Below, one piece after another: positions 20,842-29,958 of a stretch of 64,000 bases of DNA. The position numbers were made by a program, and so were the translations under genes. Source of the DNA: Clostridia bacterium (GTDB taxonomy: Bacteria; Bacillota; Clostridia; Oscillospirales; CAG-272). The notes below the pieces were generated by a model. It did not search any database, was not told the DNA's origin, and worked only from the letters and a program-made list of their open reading frames with translations. The stretch spans positions 38,860 to 102,859 of the forward strand of contig JAFXJX010000053.1 of the NCBI GenBank assembly GCA_017532025.1, given 5' to 3'. The number at the start of each line of letters is the position of its first letter. Within the stretch, counting starts at the first letter, position 1.

Positions 20842-22020
20842 ATGGATTTTTTGCTTTATATTCAAAAACTTCAAAACGAACTCAAAGCACTCAATCTCCC
20901 AAAAGAAAAAATCCATACCATCATCACACAAGAATACGCGCTCGCCGAAACCCAAGATTCTTCCTCGCTACAATCTTTTTTTACGCTCGTTCGTTTGGAA
21001 ACCATTCTTACCCAGGCAATGCAACAAAACAGTATTTTCTCTCCAGAAGATGAAGCTGCCACCATTGCACCACAAGGATGTCTTAAAAACAAAGCCATTC
21101 ATATCATCGATGAAGAAAAAACCATTCTTCCTTCTCCCAAAGCAACCCTTCAATCACTCACCGATGAAGCAACCATGGTTGTCATTTCCGGGAACGCAAA
21201 CGACGCATTTGAAGAAAAAACAATGGCTGCTTCCCCCGATCTCAAAAAACTTCTTTCAGAAAATGAAACCGTTAGAATTTCCGAAAAAGACACTGTTTTT
21301 TTCAAAGACGAGCTTGATACAACGCCAACAATACTCAAAGAAGACGAAACAATCCAACGTATTCCAATAACGCCACAAAAATCATCTTCTGTTGATGTAG
21401 ATGCCACACTCCCTGCATATAAAACTACCACCACCAGAAACGAACCTGTCACCGAGCAAACACAACCAATCCCCTCCGGTGTCTTTGAAACGAAGAAAAA
21501 AAACGAAGAAAAAACATCTGCAACACTCAATCCGGAAAAGAAAGTCACCAAGAACGAAACAGAATCTTCCGTTCTGCCTCTGTCTGCTGAATCCATTCGT
21601 AACCCACATCCGCACATTTCTTTTTTCTGGCTCGCCTTTCTCCTCATTCCTTCCATCTGTTTTCTTGCTGTTATGATTGCCACCTTTGTTCTTTTTGTCG
21701 ATTTTTTGTTTTTGCTTGCATTCACTGCTGTCATGCTATTCTATTTGTCTGTTCTGTTGATTCCCCTGTTTTTTGTCATATACTCGGTCGTATTTGCTTT
21801 TTTGTATTGGCAGGATTTTCGTATAGCAGAGGGAGTCACGGAATTTGGACTCACACTCTTCTTGTCCGGGTTTTCGCTTTTGTTTGGCTATCTTTTCTAC
21901 CGTCCTTTCATCGTTACAGCGGAATGGATCGGCGAAAAGTGCAAATCATTTAATCGAAAAACATTTCGCCTTTTGCGTAACTTGTACCGCTATTCCGTGA
22001 AAGGAGCAGAAAAGATATGA
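20842..22020 (+). CDS. hypothetical membrane protein: helical N-terminal domain, long T/E/K-rich linker, C-terminal multi-TM region (DUF1700-like?)
   Basis: ATG 20842 with AAAGGAGG SD; low-complexity middle; 4-5 C-terminal TM helices. Confidence 0.55.
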   Translation: MDFLLYIQKLQNELKALNLPKEKIHTIITQEYALAETQDSSSLQSFFTLVRLETILTQAMQQNSIFSPEDEAATIAPQGCLKNKAIHIIDEEKTILPSPKATLQSLTDEATMVVISGNANDAFEEKTMAASPDLKKLLSENETVRISEKDTVFFKDELDTTPTILKEDETIQRIPITPQKSSSVDVDATLPAYKTTTTRNEPVTEQTQPIPSGVFETKKKNEEKTSATLNPEKKVTKNETESSVLPLSAESIRNPHPHISFFWLAFLLIPSICFLAVMIATFVLFVDFLFLLAFTAVMLFYLSVLLIPLFFVIYSVVFAFLYWQDFRIAEGVTEFGLTLFLSGFSLLFGYLFYRPFIVTAEWIGEKCKSFNRKTFRLLRNLYRYSVKGAEKI

Positions 22021-22742
22021 AAAAAAGAACACTTCTTGTTTTGTTGGTTGCCGTCTTTCTTATGCTTGTGGGCGCTGCCCTTTTTCTGTTCCCTATTTTC
22101 ACACAAAACACAGTTGCCAAACCCACCGTTTATACAGTCAATGCCGATTTTCAACATATTGAAATCGACCTTGACAAAACAGACTTTACCATTTGTTTGG
22201 ATGACAAAACCTATATTGAAATCAACGGCTACCGCGAAAGCGAATACTTTATTTCCGAAGAAGACGGAAAGCTGTTGCTGACCGACCGATCCGAAAAATC
22301 GCCCCTTTTGTTTAAGCTAAGCGGAATCGGAAAAATGATCAAAGAAAGCCATCAAATATCCGATCAAAAAAGTATTGTTCTCCACCTTTCTCCTTTGCAT
22401 TTGCAAACACCCGTTAGTTTAATTTTAAAGAACAGCAAGCTTACTCTCTCCGCGCCACTTCCTTATCTCACCTTACACGCGGAGAATTCTTCAGTTACAG
22501 CAAAAGATATGACCTTTGAGCGTTTCAATGGAAAACTGATAAACTGTAACAGCCTGTTTTCTTTTCCATATTCAGCAAATGGGTTTTCGAGAAACATCGA
22601 AACACATAACACAGTATTTTCGATAAACGGAGACGAAAGAGCCAACACAGAAAAATTCGTAACCGACTTTCAAAAACCTTCTATGATCATAGAAGCACTT
22701 GGCGGCACTTGTCGTTTGGAATATCCGCAAGACACGCCATAA
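22017..22742 (+). CDS. hypothetical membrane-anchored protein (possibly DUF4097-like beta-rich domain)
   Basis: ATGA overlap with preceding gene; N-terminal TM anchor; family assignment is a guess. Confidence 0.5.
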   Translation: MKKRTLLVLLVAVFLMLVGAALFLFPIFTQNTVAKPTVYTVNADFQHIEIDLDKTDFTICLDDKTYIEINGYRESEYFISEEDGKLLLTDRSEKSPLLFKLSGIGKMIKESHQISDQKSIVLHLSPLHLQTPVSLILKNSKLTLSAPLPYLTLHAENSSVTAKDMTFERFNGKLINCNSLFSFPYSANGFSRNIETHNTVFSINGDERANTEKFVTDFQKPSMIIEALGGTCRLEYPQDTP

Positions 22743-22844
22743 CCGCATAAAACGAACCACCTCGGTTATACTATAACTGCCCGTATCCAATAATCTACAG
22801 ACAGATATGGGGAATACAACCCAAGAAAGGCAAAGCCTGCGATT

Positions 22845-23063
22845 ATGATTCTTGATAGAATAGCACTTTTTCTTCTGATCGTTGGCGGTATCAATTGGGG
22901 GTCTCTCGGTTTATTTCGCTTTGACATCGTTGCGTGGATTTTCGGAGGTCAAGCAGCCCTTGTCAGCAGGATCATTTATGCTTTGGTCGGTCTTGCGGCA
23001 CTCTGGTGTATCTCGCTTCTCTTCCGCGACAGAAACGCTGCTATTGATACCACAGAAGAATAA
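22845..23063 (+). CDS. DUF378-family small membrane protein
   Basis: 72 aa with the family-typical GINWGSLGLFRFDIVAWIFGG segment. Confidence 0.75.
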   Translation: MILDRIALFLLIVGGINWGSLGLFRFDIVAWIFGGQAALVSRIIYALVGLAALWCISLLFRDRNAAIDTTEE

Positions 23064-23126
23064 CATTCAAATACCTCAAAATTATTTTGAGGCATTTCCA
23101 ATAAAGGACACCCAAAACGGTGTCCT

Positions 23127-23624
23127 TTATTTCATGTTTTCAAATTCATCACGAATAATAGAATTATGATCGGTCACAGCCAAAACAATAAAGTTCCGGT
23201 AATTGATGATTTCGGCCGCCATGACACGCTTCTCTGTTTCTTCGGAATAATAGGAAAAACCCACGTTTTTCTGTAACAGATCCCGTCGCATCACCAACAT
23301 TTCGTATATCCGTTTGTTGTCATAAATCGAAACAGTACGAAATATATGCAGCTCCCACACGTCATTCCCGTGATATAAGCAGATCAAATAATCATCACAA
23401 AAAGCAACCGCGGGCGGTACAATATCCCCTTCTTGCGAATACAGCCGTGAAAGAATATGATTCTGCGAATCATCCGCCACAAAGTGGTATATCTCGCAGT
23501 CAGGAATTTCAATCCTGGATTTGATATGGCAAAATATTTCATACACGCTTTGTTCGATTTTTCCGTGACATCCAACCAAAAGTATCAAGCAACAAAGTAA
23601 AAAACAAATTCCTTTTTTTATCAA
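23127..23624 (-). CDS. hypothetical lipoprotein
   Basis: signal peptide plus lipobox LLVGC; TTG start 23624 with GAGGTGA SD 4 nt upstream. Confidence 0.6.
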   Translation of the reverse strand: MIKKGICFLLCCLILLVGCHGKIEQSVYEIFCHIKSRIEIPDCEIYHFVADDSQNHILSRLYSQEGDIVPPAVAFCDDYLICLYHGNDVWELHIFRTVSIYDNKRIYEMLVMRRDLLQKNVGFSYYSEETEKRVMAAEIINYRNFIVLAVTDHNSIIRDEFENMK

Positions 23625-23664
23625 AAAATCACCTCACGACATCCTACTCGCGTCGTGAGGTGAT
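23622..23664 (-). terminator. rho-independent terminator after recR; its 3' arm carries the SD of the next gene
   Basis: 13-bp perfect stem ATCACCTCACGAC/GTCGTGAGGTGAT, 11-nt loop, T-run on the minus strand. Confidence 0.65.
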
Positions 23665-23671
23665 TATGCGT

Positions 23672-24271
23672 TTATTCCATTGTGTTTCTTGCTTTGAGAG
23701 CTCTTGCCAGCGTGATCTCGTCTGCATATTCAATATCTCCGCCAACCGGAATACCCAGCGCAGGACGGGTTACTTTAATCCCCATCGGAGTCAAAACCTT
23801 GGTAATATACATTGCGGTTGCATCCCCTTCAATCGTAGGATTGGTTGCCACAATGACCTCCGTAATTGCCTCTTTTTCAAGACGGGCAATCTATTTGTCA
23901 AGACCGATTCTGTCAGGTCCAATTCCCTTCACAGGCGAAAGAACACCGTCAAGAACGTGATACCGTCCGCGATAATCACGAATCCGCTCAATGCTCATAA
24001 GAGCTTTGGCATCCTCCACCACGCAGATCACACCGATTCTGTTTTCATCGGCGCATACCGAACAAATCTCCATATCGGTCAGATTGTTACAAACTGAGCA
24101 GCGACGGATCTTGGTTTTGGCATCCAGCAAAGCCGTTGCAAAAGCCTCGCAAGCTTCGTTTGACATATCCAAAACCGAAAGCGCATAACGTGCAGCAGTT
24201 TTTCTGCCAACACCCGGTAGCTTCCGAAACTGTTCCATTAAGACTTCAATGGGAAGAAGATATTCACTCAT
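23672..24271 (-). pseudogene. recR: recombination protein RecR interrupted by an in-frame TAG (codon 127)
   Basis: The 600-nt frame encodes HhH (LPGVGRKTA), C4 zinc finger (CSVCNN..CSVC) and Toprim ([19 protein letters not shown]). TAG at 23893-23891 sits where RecR homologues have Leu, and the downstream 72 codons stay in frame and conserved. Confidence 0.85.
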
Positions 24272-24276
24272 ACCGA

Positions 24277-24624
24277 TTAAAACAGTCCGGGCAAGCTCAT
24301 CGAACCGGTGATAGCCGACATTGCCTTGGCATTCTCGTCTTCAACCGTTTTGATCGCCTGATTCACTCCGGCAATGATGATATCAGAAAGTGTTTCAATA
24401 TCATCGGGATCAACAATTTCGGGGGCAAGATCCAAGGAGAGGATCTCCTTCTTGCCGTTGATGCGAACAGTTGCAACGCCGCCGCCCGCCTTCACTTCAT
24501 ATTCCTTGGCATCAAGTTCTTCCTGAAGAGCAGCCATATCCTCCTGCATCTTCTGTGCCTGCTTCATCATGCTCTGCATATTGGAGGGACCGCCTCCGTA
24601 ACCCTGCGGTAATCTCGATTTCAT
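24277..24624 (-). CDS. ybaB: nucleoid-associated protein YbaB/EbfC
   Basis: 115 aa; MMKQAQKMQEDM motif; canonical position between dnaX and recR. Confidence 0.88.
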   Translation of the reverse strand: MKSRLPQGYGGGPSNMQSMMKQAQKMQEDMAALQEELDAKEYEVKAGGGVATVRINGKKEILSLDLAPEIVDPDDIETLSDIIIAGVNQAIKTVEDENAKAMSAITGSMSLPGLF

Positions 24625-24654
24625 TTCTCTTTATCCTTTCATTTTTGAATCAAT

Positions 24655-26231
24655 TTATATCAGATCCTGCATGGGATCTTTTGCCATCGGTGGTTTTGGT
24701 GCCACAACAAATTCGGCACTTTGGGCAACAATACCGTATTTCGCCGCAATTTGAATCAATGCGGCGCCTGCCTGCGCATTGTCAAGCATCATTTTTGAAA
24801 AAGCATCAGCAACGTGAATTTCGATCTTTTTGTCTGCCGCATCGAAAACAGCACTTGAGTTTTGTAAAAAAGGCGAACGGCTCGGATTCTTTGCCGAATA
24901 GTCATCCAAAATATCCACCCATTCAGAAAGCTTTTTACTGTCACTTTCCTTTGTAGTGGCAGTAACCGCTGAACCACGCGGCTTTTCAGACACCTTCATT
25001 TCGGTAGGCTTCGCTTCTTTCTTCACGGGGAGAGACGCTTCTTGAGAGGGGGGGAGCGTCACAGTCACACCGTTTGCCACTTTGAGTTCAAGTTCCGCAA
25101 GCCTTGCTTCAAGACCTTCAAGCGACGAGTCGGTTTTGTTCAGCGCCATGCGCATCAAGGTGATTTCCGCCGTCACGCGCTTGATATCGCTCTTGTTCAT
25201 GGCAATATACGCTTCTTCAAGCAGCTTGATGTGATACACCAGCTTCTCTCTTGTAAAGAGTGCCGCAAGCGCTTGAATATCCGAAAGCTCCTGTGCGGAA
25301 ACATCTAAAATATCTCGATTGAGTCCGTCGAGCGAGTTAATTCGCATCACCTTTTGTACGAGCATATCGCGGTAAAACATAATCAGATCCGAAACAAATA
25401 CCGATATATCCTTAGAAGAACGGTATATCTCCGAAAGGATCTCAAAATTCTGTCGGTCTTGTTTTCCGCCACAGCGCGCACCGTTTCAATCACAGTTTCC
25501 CTGCCCACAATACCCGCGGCAGAACGCACATTGTCTTCGGTCACGTTGCCGTCTCGGTCAATGCAAAGCTCAAACAAACTGACCGCATCACGCATACCGC
25601 CTTGCGCCAAATGCGCAATCAAAACAGCCGCTTCTTTTTGAACTTTCAAGCTCTCTTGTGATGCAATGTACTCAAGTCGGCTGACAATATCATGTGTCGA
25701 TAAACGCTTGAAATCAAAGCGCTGACATCTTGACAGAATCGTTGCGGGAATATCTTGTATTTCAGTAGTCGCCAATATGAAAATCACCGATTTCGGAGGC
25801 TCCTCCAAAGTCTTGAGAAGCGCGTTGAATGCCCCCTCGGACAGCATGTGTACCTCGTCGATGATGTACACTTTTGTGCCCATTTCGCTCGGAGTAAAAA
25901 TCACCTCATCGCGAATGTCACGAATGTAGTCAACACCCGTGTTGCTTGCGGCGTCCATTTCCAGCACCTCGACCGACGCACCCGCATCGATCTGCTTGCA
26001 GGAATAGCAACAGTTGCAGGGGTTGCCGTTTACGGGATTTTCACAGTTCACAGCCTTGGCAAGAATTTTGGCACAGGATGTTTTCCCCGTTCCCGCAGAG
26101 CCGCAAAATACGTAGGCATGATTGACTTTATTGTTTGCAACCTCCCAGGAAAGCACCGAGGTAATATGCTCTTGTCCCACCACGTCATCAAACGTTGACG
26201 GGCGGTATTTACGGTATAGCGCCTGATGCAT
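24655..26231 (-). pseudogene. dnaX: DNA polymerase III gamma/tau subunit split into two frames by a 1-nt frame break
   Basis: ORF 25383-26231 carries the AAA+ module (GSAGTGKTS, DEVHML, SRC). ORF 24655-25380 plus its upstream open frame (NFEILSEIYRSSKDIS...) carries domain III and the C-terminus in the -1 frame. The break maps near the T4 run at 25444-25447. Confidence 0.85.
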
Positions 26232-26262
26232 GGAAGGTCACCTCCTCATTCACATAATTGGT

Positions 26263-27129
26263 TTAAGTTTTTCTTTCTTTTTTGGCAGTCACAAAATAAT
26301 ATCCCGTGTTGTCATCGGATACAAGAACCGATTCACAACCGCTTGGAATCATAATCGTTTCCGATTTTTCCTGACGGCTGATAAGGTATTCACCATACTC
26401 ATAAAAAATGCCTGCTTTGTAAAATGATGTAATATACTCTTCAAGCGTAAGTGAGTTCATGTAAATAATTTCAGCGTGCGGTTTTCCCACATAGCGGATA
26501 TGCCACGGCTCGTAAGTAATGCCCGTAATGTCTTTTTTGCCATAGGGATACCGAATGATAAATCCGTATTCATAACCGTTCGTTGATACAAAACGCCCCG
26601 CCCTGCTGCGGTTGATTTTTCCACCAACAGAACCCTCGATATATACGTCGAGCGAAAGCCCTGTCTGATGCTCGCTCGTGCCAACAGCGGCGGCAATATC
26701 TGACGGATAGGTTTGTACAATACTCTGCTGTTCCTCTGCTGTGCGATATCCACTGCGAATACAAAGCTTTTTGCCGTATTTTTCTTGAACAGCATCCACA
26801 AGCTGCCCATATGCCTCATAAATCGTGTGTGACATAGCAGCATTATCGATATAGTCGAGAAAAACAACGTCGTCATCCGAAAGATGATAGTCACGGTTGA
26901 TCAACGATAAAGAGTCATCAAACCGAATAGTCTCTCGGGATTTTGCGTCTTCCAAGGTCAAAACCGTATAGTCAACCTCACAAGCTGTCACATCAGCAGA
27001 ACGAAACCATGATCCGATTTTCTGCGTCAAGCGAAATAAGGTATCACCTTTTAACAATCCTAACATAATACACAATCCAAATATGAAAATCAATAAAAAA
27101 ACGAGAATGATAACAATTCTTTTTTTCAT
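26263..27129 (-). CDS. D-alanyl-D-alanine carboxypeptidase, VanY/M15B family, membrane anchored
   Basis: N-terminal TM; Zn-site motifs SEHQTGLSLD and EPWHIRYVG; start ATG 27129. Confidence 0.82.
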   Translation of the reverse strand: MKKRIVIILVFLLIFIFGLCIMLGLLKGDTLFRLTQKIGSWFRSADVTACEVDYTVLTLEDAKSRETIRFDDSLSLINRDYHLSDDDVVFLDYIDNAAMSHTIYEAYGQLVDAVQEKYGKKLCIRSGYRTAEEQQSIVQTYPSDIAAAVGTSEHQTGLSLDVYIEGSVGGKINRSRAGRFVSTNGYEYGFIIRYPYGKKDITGITYEPWHIRYVGKPHAEIIYMNSLTLEEYITSFYKAGIFYEYGEYLISRQEKSETIMIPSGCESVLVSDDNTGYYFVTAKKERKT

Positions 27130-27165
27130 AAAAATATCACAAAAAAACACAGCAGCCTATCAATT

Positions 27166-27441
27166 AGAACCATACACCATTGTTCGAACCTACGATACAT
27201 GCGCAAACCGAATTTTACCCTCCCAACAGGCAACCCTGTGGCACATTGAAAGACCCGCTTAATGCTGCTCGGTTCCCCGCCTGACATGGTTCACGGTATT
27301 CAATTGCACAAGACCCGTCGCTCAACGGATAAAGGTTTCGGCGCAAGACCACACACCGCAAGCCCTCATAAATGGAAACCACCCCTGCTGTAGCGGATTG
27401 CAGGTACAGGGCACCGCTATCTCCCCGGCCGGTATGGTCCT
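27166..27441 (-). ncRNA. ffs: signal recognition particle RNA, long Bacillus type (~276 nt)
   Basis: Minus strand contains the domain IV core GUCAGG-CGG-GGAA-CCG-AGCAGC. The 5' AGGACCAUACC pairs with the 3' GGUGUAUGGUUCU. The position upstream of dnaX matches B. subtilis scr. End coordinates are approximate. Confidence 0.85.
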
Positions 27442-27493
27442 AATTCATATTCTGCTGTGTTAAAAAAACGATGCTTAGCATCAAGTCCAATAT

Positions 27494-27522
27494 ATTATAG
27501 CAAAAACATTCTCCAATTGCAA
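27494..27522 (-). promoter_or_regulatory. sigma-A-type promoter likely driving the SRP RNA precursor
   Basis: TTGCAA - 17 nt - TGCTATAAT (extended -10) about 50 nt upstream of the mature SRP RNA 5' end. Confidence 0.5.
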
Positions 27523-27580
27523 GACTTTTTTGAAAATTGAGCAAGAAAATATTGACAATTGTTGATTCTGCTCGACAATA

Positions 27581-27618
27581 CAAAACCGCCGAGAGCAACC
27601 CCACGTCACTCTCGGCGT
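27581..27618 (-). terminator. rho-independent terminator after the sigma-like gene
   Basis: stem CGCCGAGAG/CTCTCGGCG followed by TTTT on the minus strand, 6 nt after the stop codon. Confidence 0.7.
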
Positions 27619-27623
27619 TTGTT

Positions 27624-29168
27624 TTATCTTTGAATCATCACATCGCAATAGCAATTTTTTGATGGCATTTCAAAATCACCATTTTTTTGTGCGTAATCAA
27701 CTATGGTAACGTATAGATTTGAAAACATATTCTGACACATACGGTCAACATCATCACTCAAATGCTTTGGAAATAACTTTTTGTAGTCAGCAATGAAGGT
27801 TTCTGCAATCTTCGAATATTCGGGCATAAGCTCCGCAAATTGTTTTTCTACGATTGCGTCAAAAGTTCTTTTTTGCCCTGCTGTAAAACACGGAATGGTT
27901 ACAAAAAAGTTTCCGTCGTCTTTTTTAGCTATATATCCGTCTTGTATTGCATTTGCTACTACATTTTTATCTTCCGAAAATCCATTGTAAATAATGTCTT
28001 CACAAGCATTGATATAAGTATCGAGCATCATCTTTCTGAAGTAAATACCGTTCATTCCAAACCAAGTTGTATGAGAACAATTTCCTCGGCTACCACGGTT
28101 AGCAGAATATTGGCTACCGATTCTTGTTCTTGGATACTTGCCTGTTTCCACGCTACCAATATAGTTCCACCAATATCCATCGTATTTCTGCTTGATCTGT
28201 GGGAACGGCAACTTACAATAATGTCTGCTGAGATAATCAAAAGCCATCATACCATACAGATAAAGCAGATCCGATTCGGATTTCCCTGCTTTGTAGAAAT
28301 CAATATTCGCAGCTTCTTTGGCAACCGACTTGATAGCCCCTACCAATTTATCCATAATCGGTAGAAGTGCTTTCTCTGCATTTTCTTCACAGAAGATACC
28401 ATACTTGTCAGACCAAATGATAAAATTGGTTTGATATCTTCCTTTTGACACCTCAATAACGGCTTCACGTTTTAAAAGGTTGTCAATCCGATCTTCAACA
28501 TAGTATGCAGGAACACCGCATAGTTTTGCCAATTCTTCCACCGTCGCAGGCTTTTCATAGGAATAATAGAGGATATTCTGAGAAAGCGCATCATTTACAT
28601 ACTCACTCGGAAACGGCACCATTTTATCATCATATTCTCCCGTTCCGTATATACCAATATTCATTTTTATGGGTCGAAGAGCAGTTTCGTTCATTTCAGT
28701 ACACTCCTTTTTTAGTTTCTTCCGAGCTTCCAAAAGTCGCCATGTGACAGTACCTTCGGGAATGTTCAATTGCTCGGATATCTGCTTGGTTGAAAGGCTG
28801 TCATAATAGTAAAGAACGATGATATCGCGATATATCGAAGAAAGCATTGCGATTTTTGTGCGCAACAGATCATAAACTGCTTCTTGATCGTTATCAAAAG
28901 CTTCTTCATACGCTATGTCTTCCGGAATGTCATAGGAATACATCGCGCGCTGTTTTCCCATATGACGCCAAAAGCTTTTGGTTACGTTACTTGCAATCCC
29001 CCAAAGCCACGGTTCAAATTTATTCTCGTCTTTGAGTTTCGGCAATTCTCGCACTACTGTAAAAAGTATTTCCTGCGACAGATCATCAGCCTCCTCGCGA
29101 GAATAGGTATGATTTACCGCATATCCATATACTTTTTCAACATAGCTTTCTATAATACTTGCATCCAT
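27624..29168 (-). CDS. sigma-70 family (ECF-like, regions 2 and 4) protein with ~340-aa C-terminal extension
   Basis: region 2 DLSQEILFTV..FEPWLWGIASN; region 4 STKQISEQLNIPEGTVTWRLLEARKKL; no TM segment; start ATG 29168 (AGGTGA SD) rather than 29192. Confidence 0.8.
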   Translation of the reverse strand: MDASIIESYVEKVYGYAVNHTYSREEADDLSQEILFTVVRELPKLKDENKFEPWLWGIASNVTKSFWRHMGKQRAMYSYDIPEDIAYEEAFDNDQEAVYDLLRTKIAMLSSIYRDIIVLYYYDSLSTKQISEQLNIPEGTVTWRLLEARKKLKKECTEMNETALRPIKMNIGIYGTGEYDDKMVPFPSEYVNDALSQNILYYSYEKPATVEELAKLCGVPAYYVEDRIDNLLKREAVIEVSKGRYQTNFIIWSDKYGIFCEENAEKALLPIMDKLVGAIKSVAKEAANIDFYKAGKSESDLLYLYGMMAFDYLSRHYCKLPFPQIKQKYDGYWWNYIGSVETGKYPRTRIGSQYSANRGSRGNCSHTTWFGMNGIYFRKMMLDTYINACEDIIYNGFSEDKNVVANAIQDGYIAKKDDGNFFVTIPCFTAGQKRTFDAIVEKQFAELMPEYSKIAETFIADYKKLFPKHLSDDVDRMCQNMFSNLYVTIVDYAQKNGDFEMPSKNCYCDVMIQR

Positions 29169-29244
29169 CGTTCTCACCTGCCTTTCATCCATAAAGTGTT
29201 TGAAATTGTAATTTCATTGGGTGCTTTTCAAAATTATTTAAAAT

Positions 29245-29273
29245 ATTATATCATAAATCTGTGAATTAGTCTA
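29245..29273 (-). promoter_or_regulatory. sigma-A-type promoter of the 27624-29168 gene
   Basis: TAGACT - 17 nt - TGATATAAT; part of a cassette duplicated at 31704-31732. Confidence 0.55.
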
Positions 29274-29275
29274 TA

Positions 29276-29315
29276 CCAAAACCGCCGAGAGCGACCAAAC
29301 GGTTACTCTCGGCGG
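29276..29315 (-). terminator. rho-independent terminator after the 197-aa gene
   Basis: ~15-20-bp stem CCGCCGAGAGCGACC/GGTTACTCTCGGCGG followed by TTTT on the minus strand. Confidence 0.7.
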
Positions 29316-29364
29316 CTTCTTTATTCCTTGATAAACGGAGTTTTTTCTGTAATCGTTTGAAAAA

Positions 29365-29958
29365 TCAAACTTTCTCTTCCAAGTTTAAGAAAGAAGTACT
29401 CCCCAAATCTTCTAATAATCGAGTTAAGGAATCGATTTCCATACCGTTTACAATATCACCCACACCCACTATAACCTCACTGCCGTGCTGTGGCTGACGG
29501 CGAACTTCCATAGAAACGGGATCAACTAAAAGAATGCCTCTTGGCGTTTTGATTTCCCATTCGCTTTTATATTGATATCGAAAATCGTAAAGAGGCATCG
29601 GCTTGGGTTTTCTATCGAAAACGGGAAAATGAGTGCCTGCGAATTTCGAGAGCAAAACGATATAACTACGGATTAAGTATTCTCCGTTTTCCTTTAAGAT
29701 CAATATGGACAATCGCCTCGGCATCCCAAAAAGCTTAATGGCAAAGACTTCATTTGCAGTTACAATGTAAAGGTCGCATTTCTTTGCGTGCTTCCCTCCA
29801 AGAAACCATAATGGATGCGTTGCGTGCATGATATATCCTTTGTTGCGACACATCCTTTTTATTTTACCAACACAAAACAATCGCTTGAAAAAGCAACGGA
29901 TATACGGAAATAAGGCAATAAAAGAAACAATGCCTATCAGTGCATACCAAAATTCCAT
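29365..29958 (-). CDS. hypothetical protein with N-terminal TM anchor, translationally coupled to the upstream sigma-like gene
   Basis: ATG immediately follows the TAA of the upstream gene (TAAATG); GAAGGA SD 7 nt upstream; N-terminal TM helix then a basic stretch; no recognised family. Confidence 0.6.
   Translation of the reverse strand: MEFWYALIGIVSFIALFPYIRCFFKRLFCVGKIKRMCRNKGYIMHATHPLWFLGGKHAKKCDLYIVTANEVFAIKLFGMPRRLSILILKENGEYLIRSYIVLLSKFAGTHFPVFDRKPKPMPLYDFRYQYKSEWEIKTPRGILLVDPVSMEVRRQPQHGSEVIVGVGDIVNGMEIDSLTRLLEDLGSTSFLNLEEKV

Noticed and set aside
21150-21734. 194-aa minus-strand ORF; likewise 41362-42063 (+), 49513-50253 (+), 6148-6911 (+) and the other internal ORFs of the six-frame track
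   Set aside because: All lie antisense or out of frame inside longer ORFs that carry clear family motifs. None has an SD.
23891-23893. TAG in recR as a reassigned or pyrrolysine codon
   Set aside because: TAG terminates other good genes in the window (for example the stops at 54-56 and 1863-1865). No pyl genes or PYLIS-like context were seen. A mutation or sequence error is simpler.
25383-25460. E. coli-style programmed -1 ribosomal frameshift or transcriptional slippage in dnaX
   Set aside because: There is no X XXY YYZ heptamer and no long A/T run (only T4). Here the shift would be needed for the full-length protein, not for a shorter gamma form. It is kept as a finding but not called programmed recoding.
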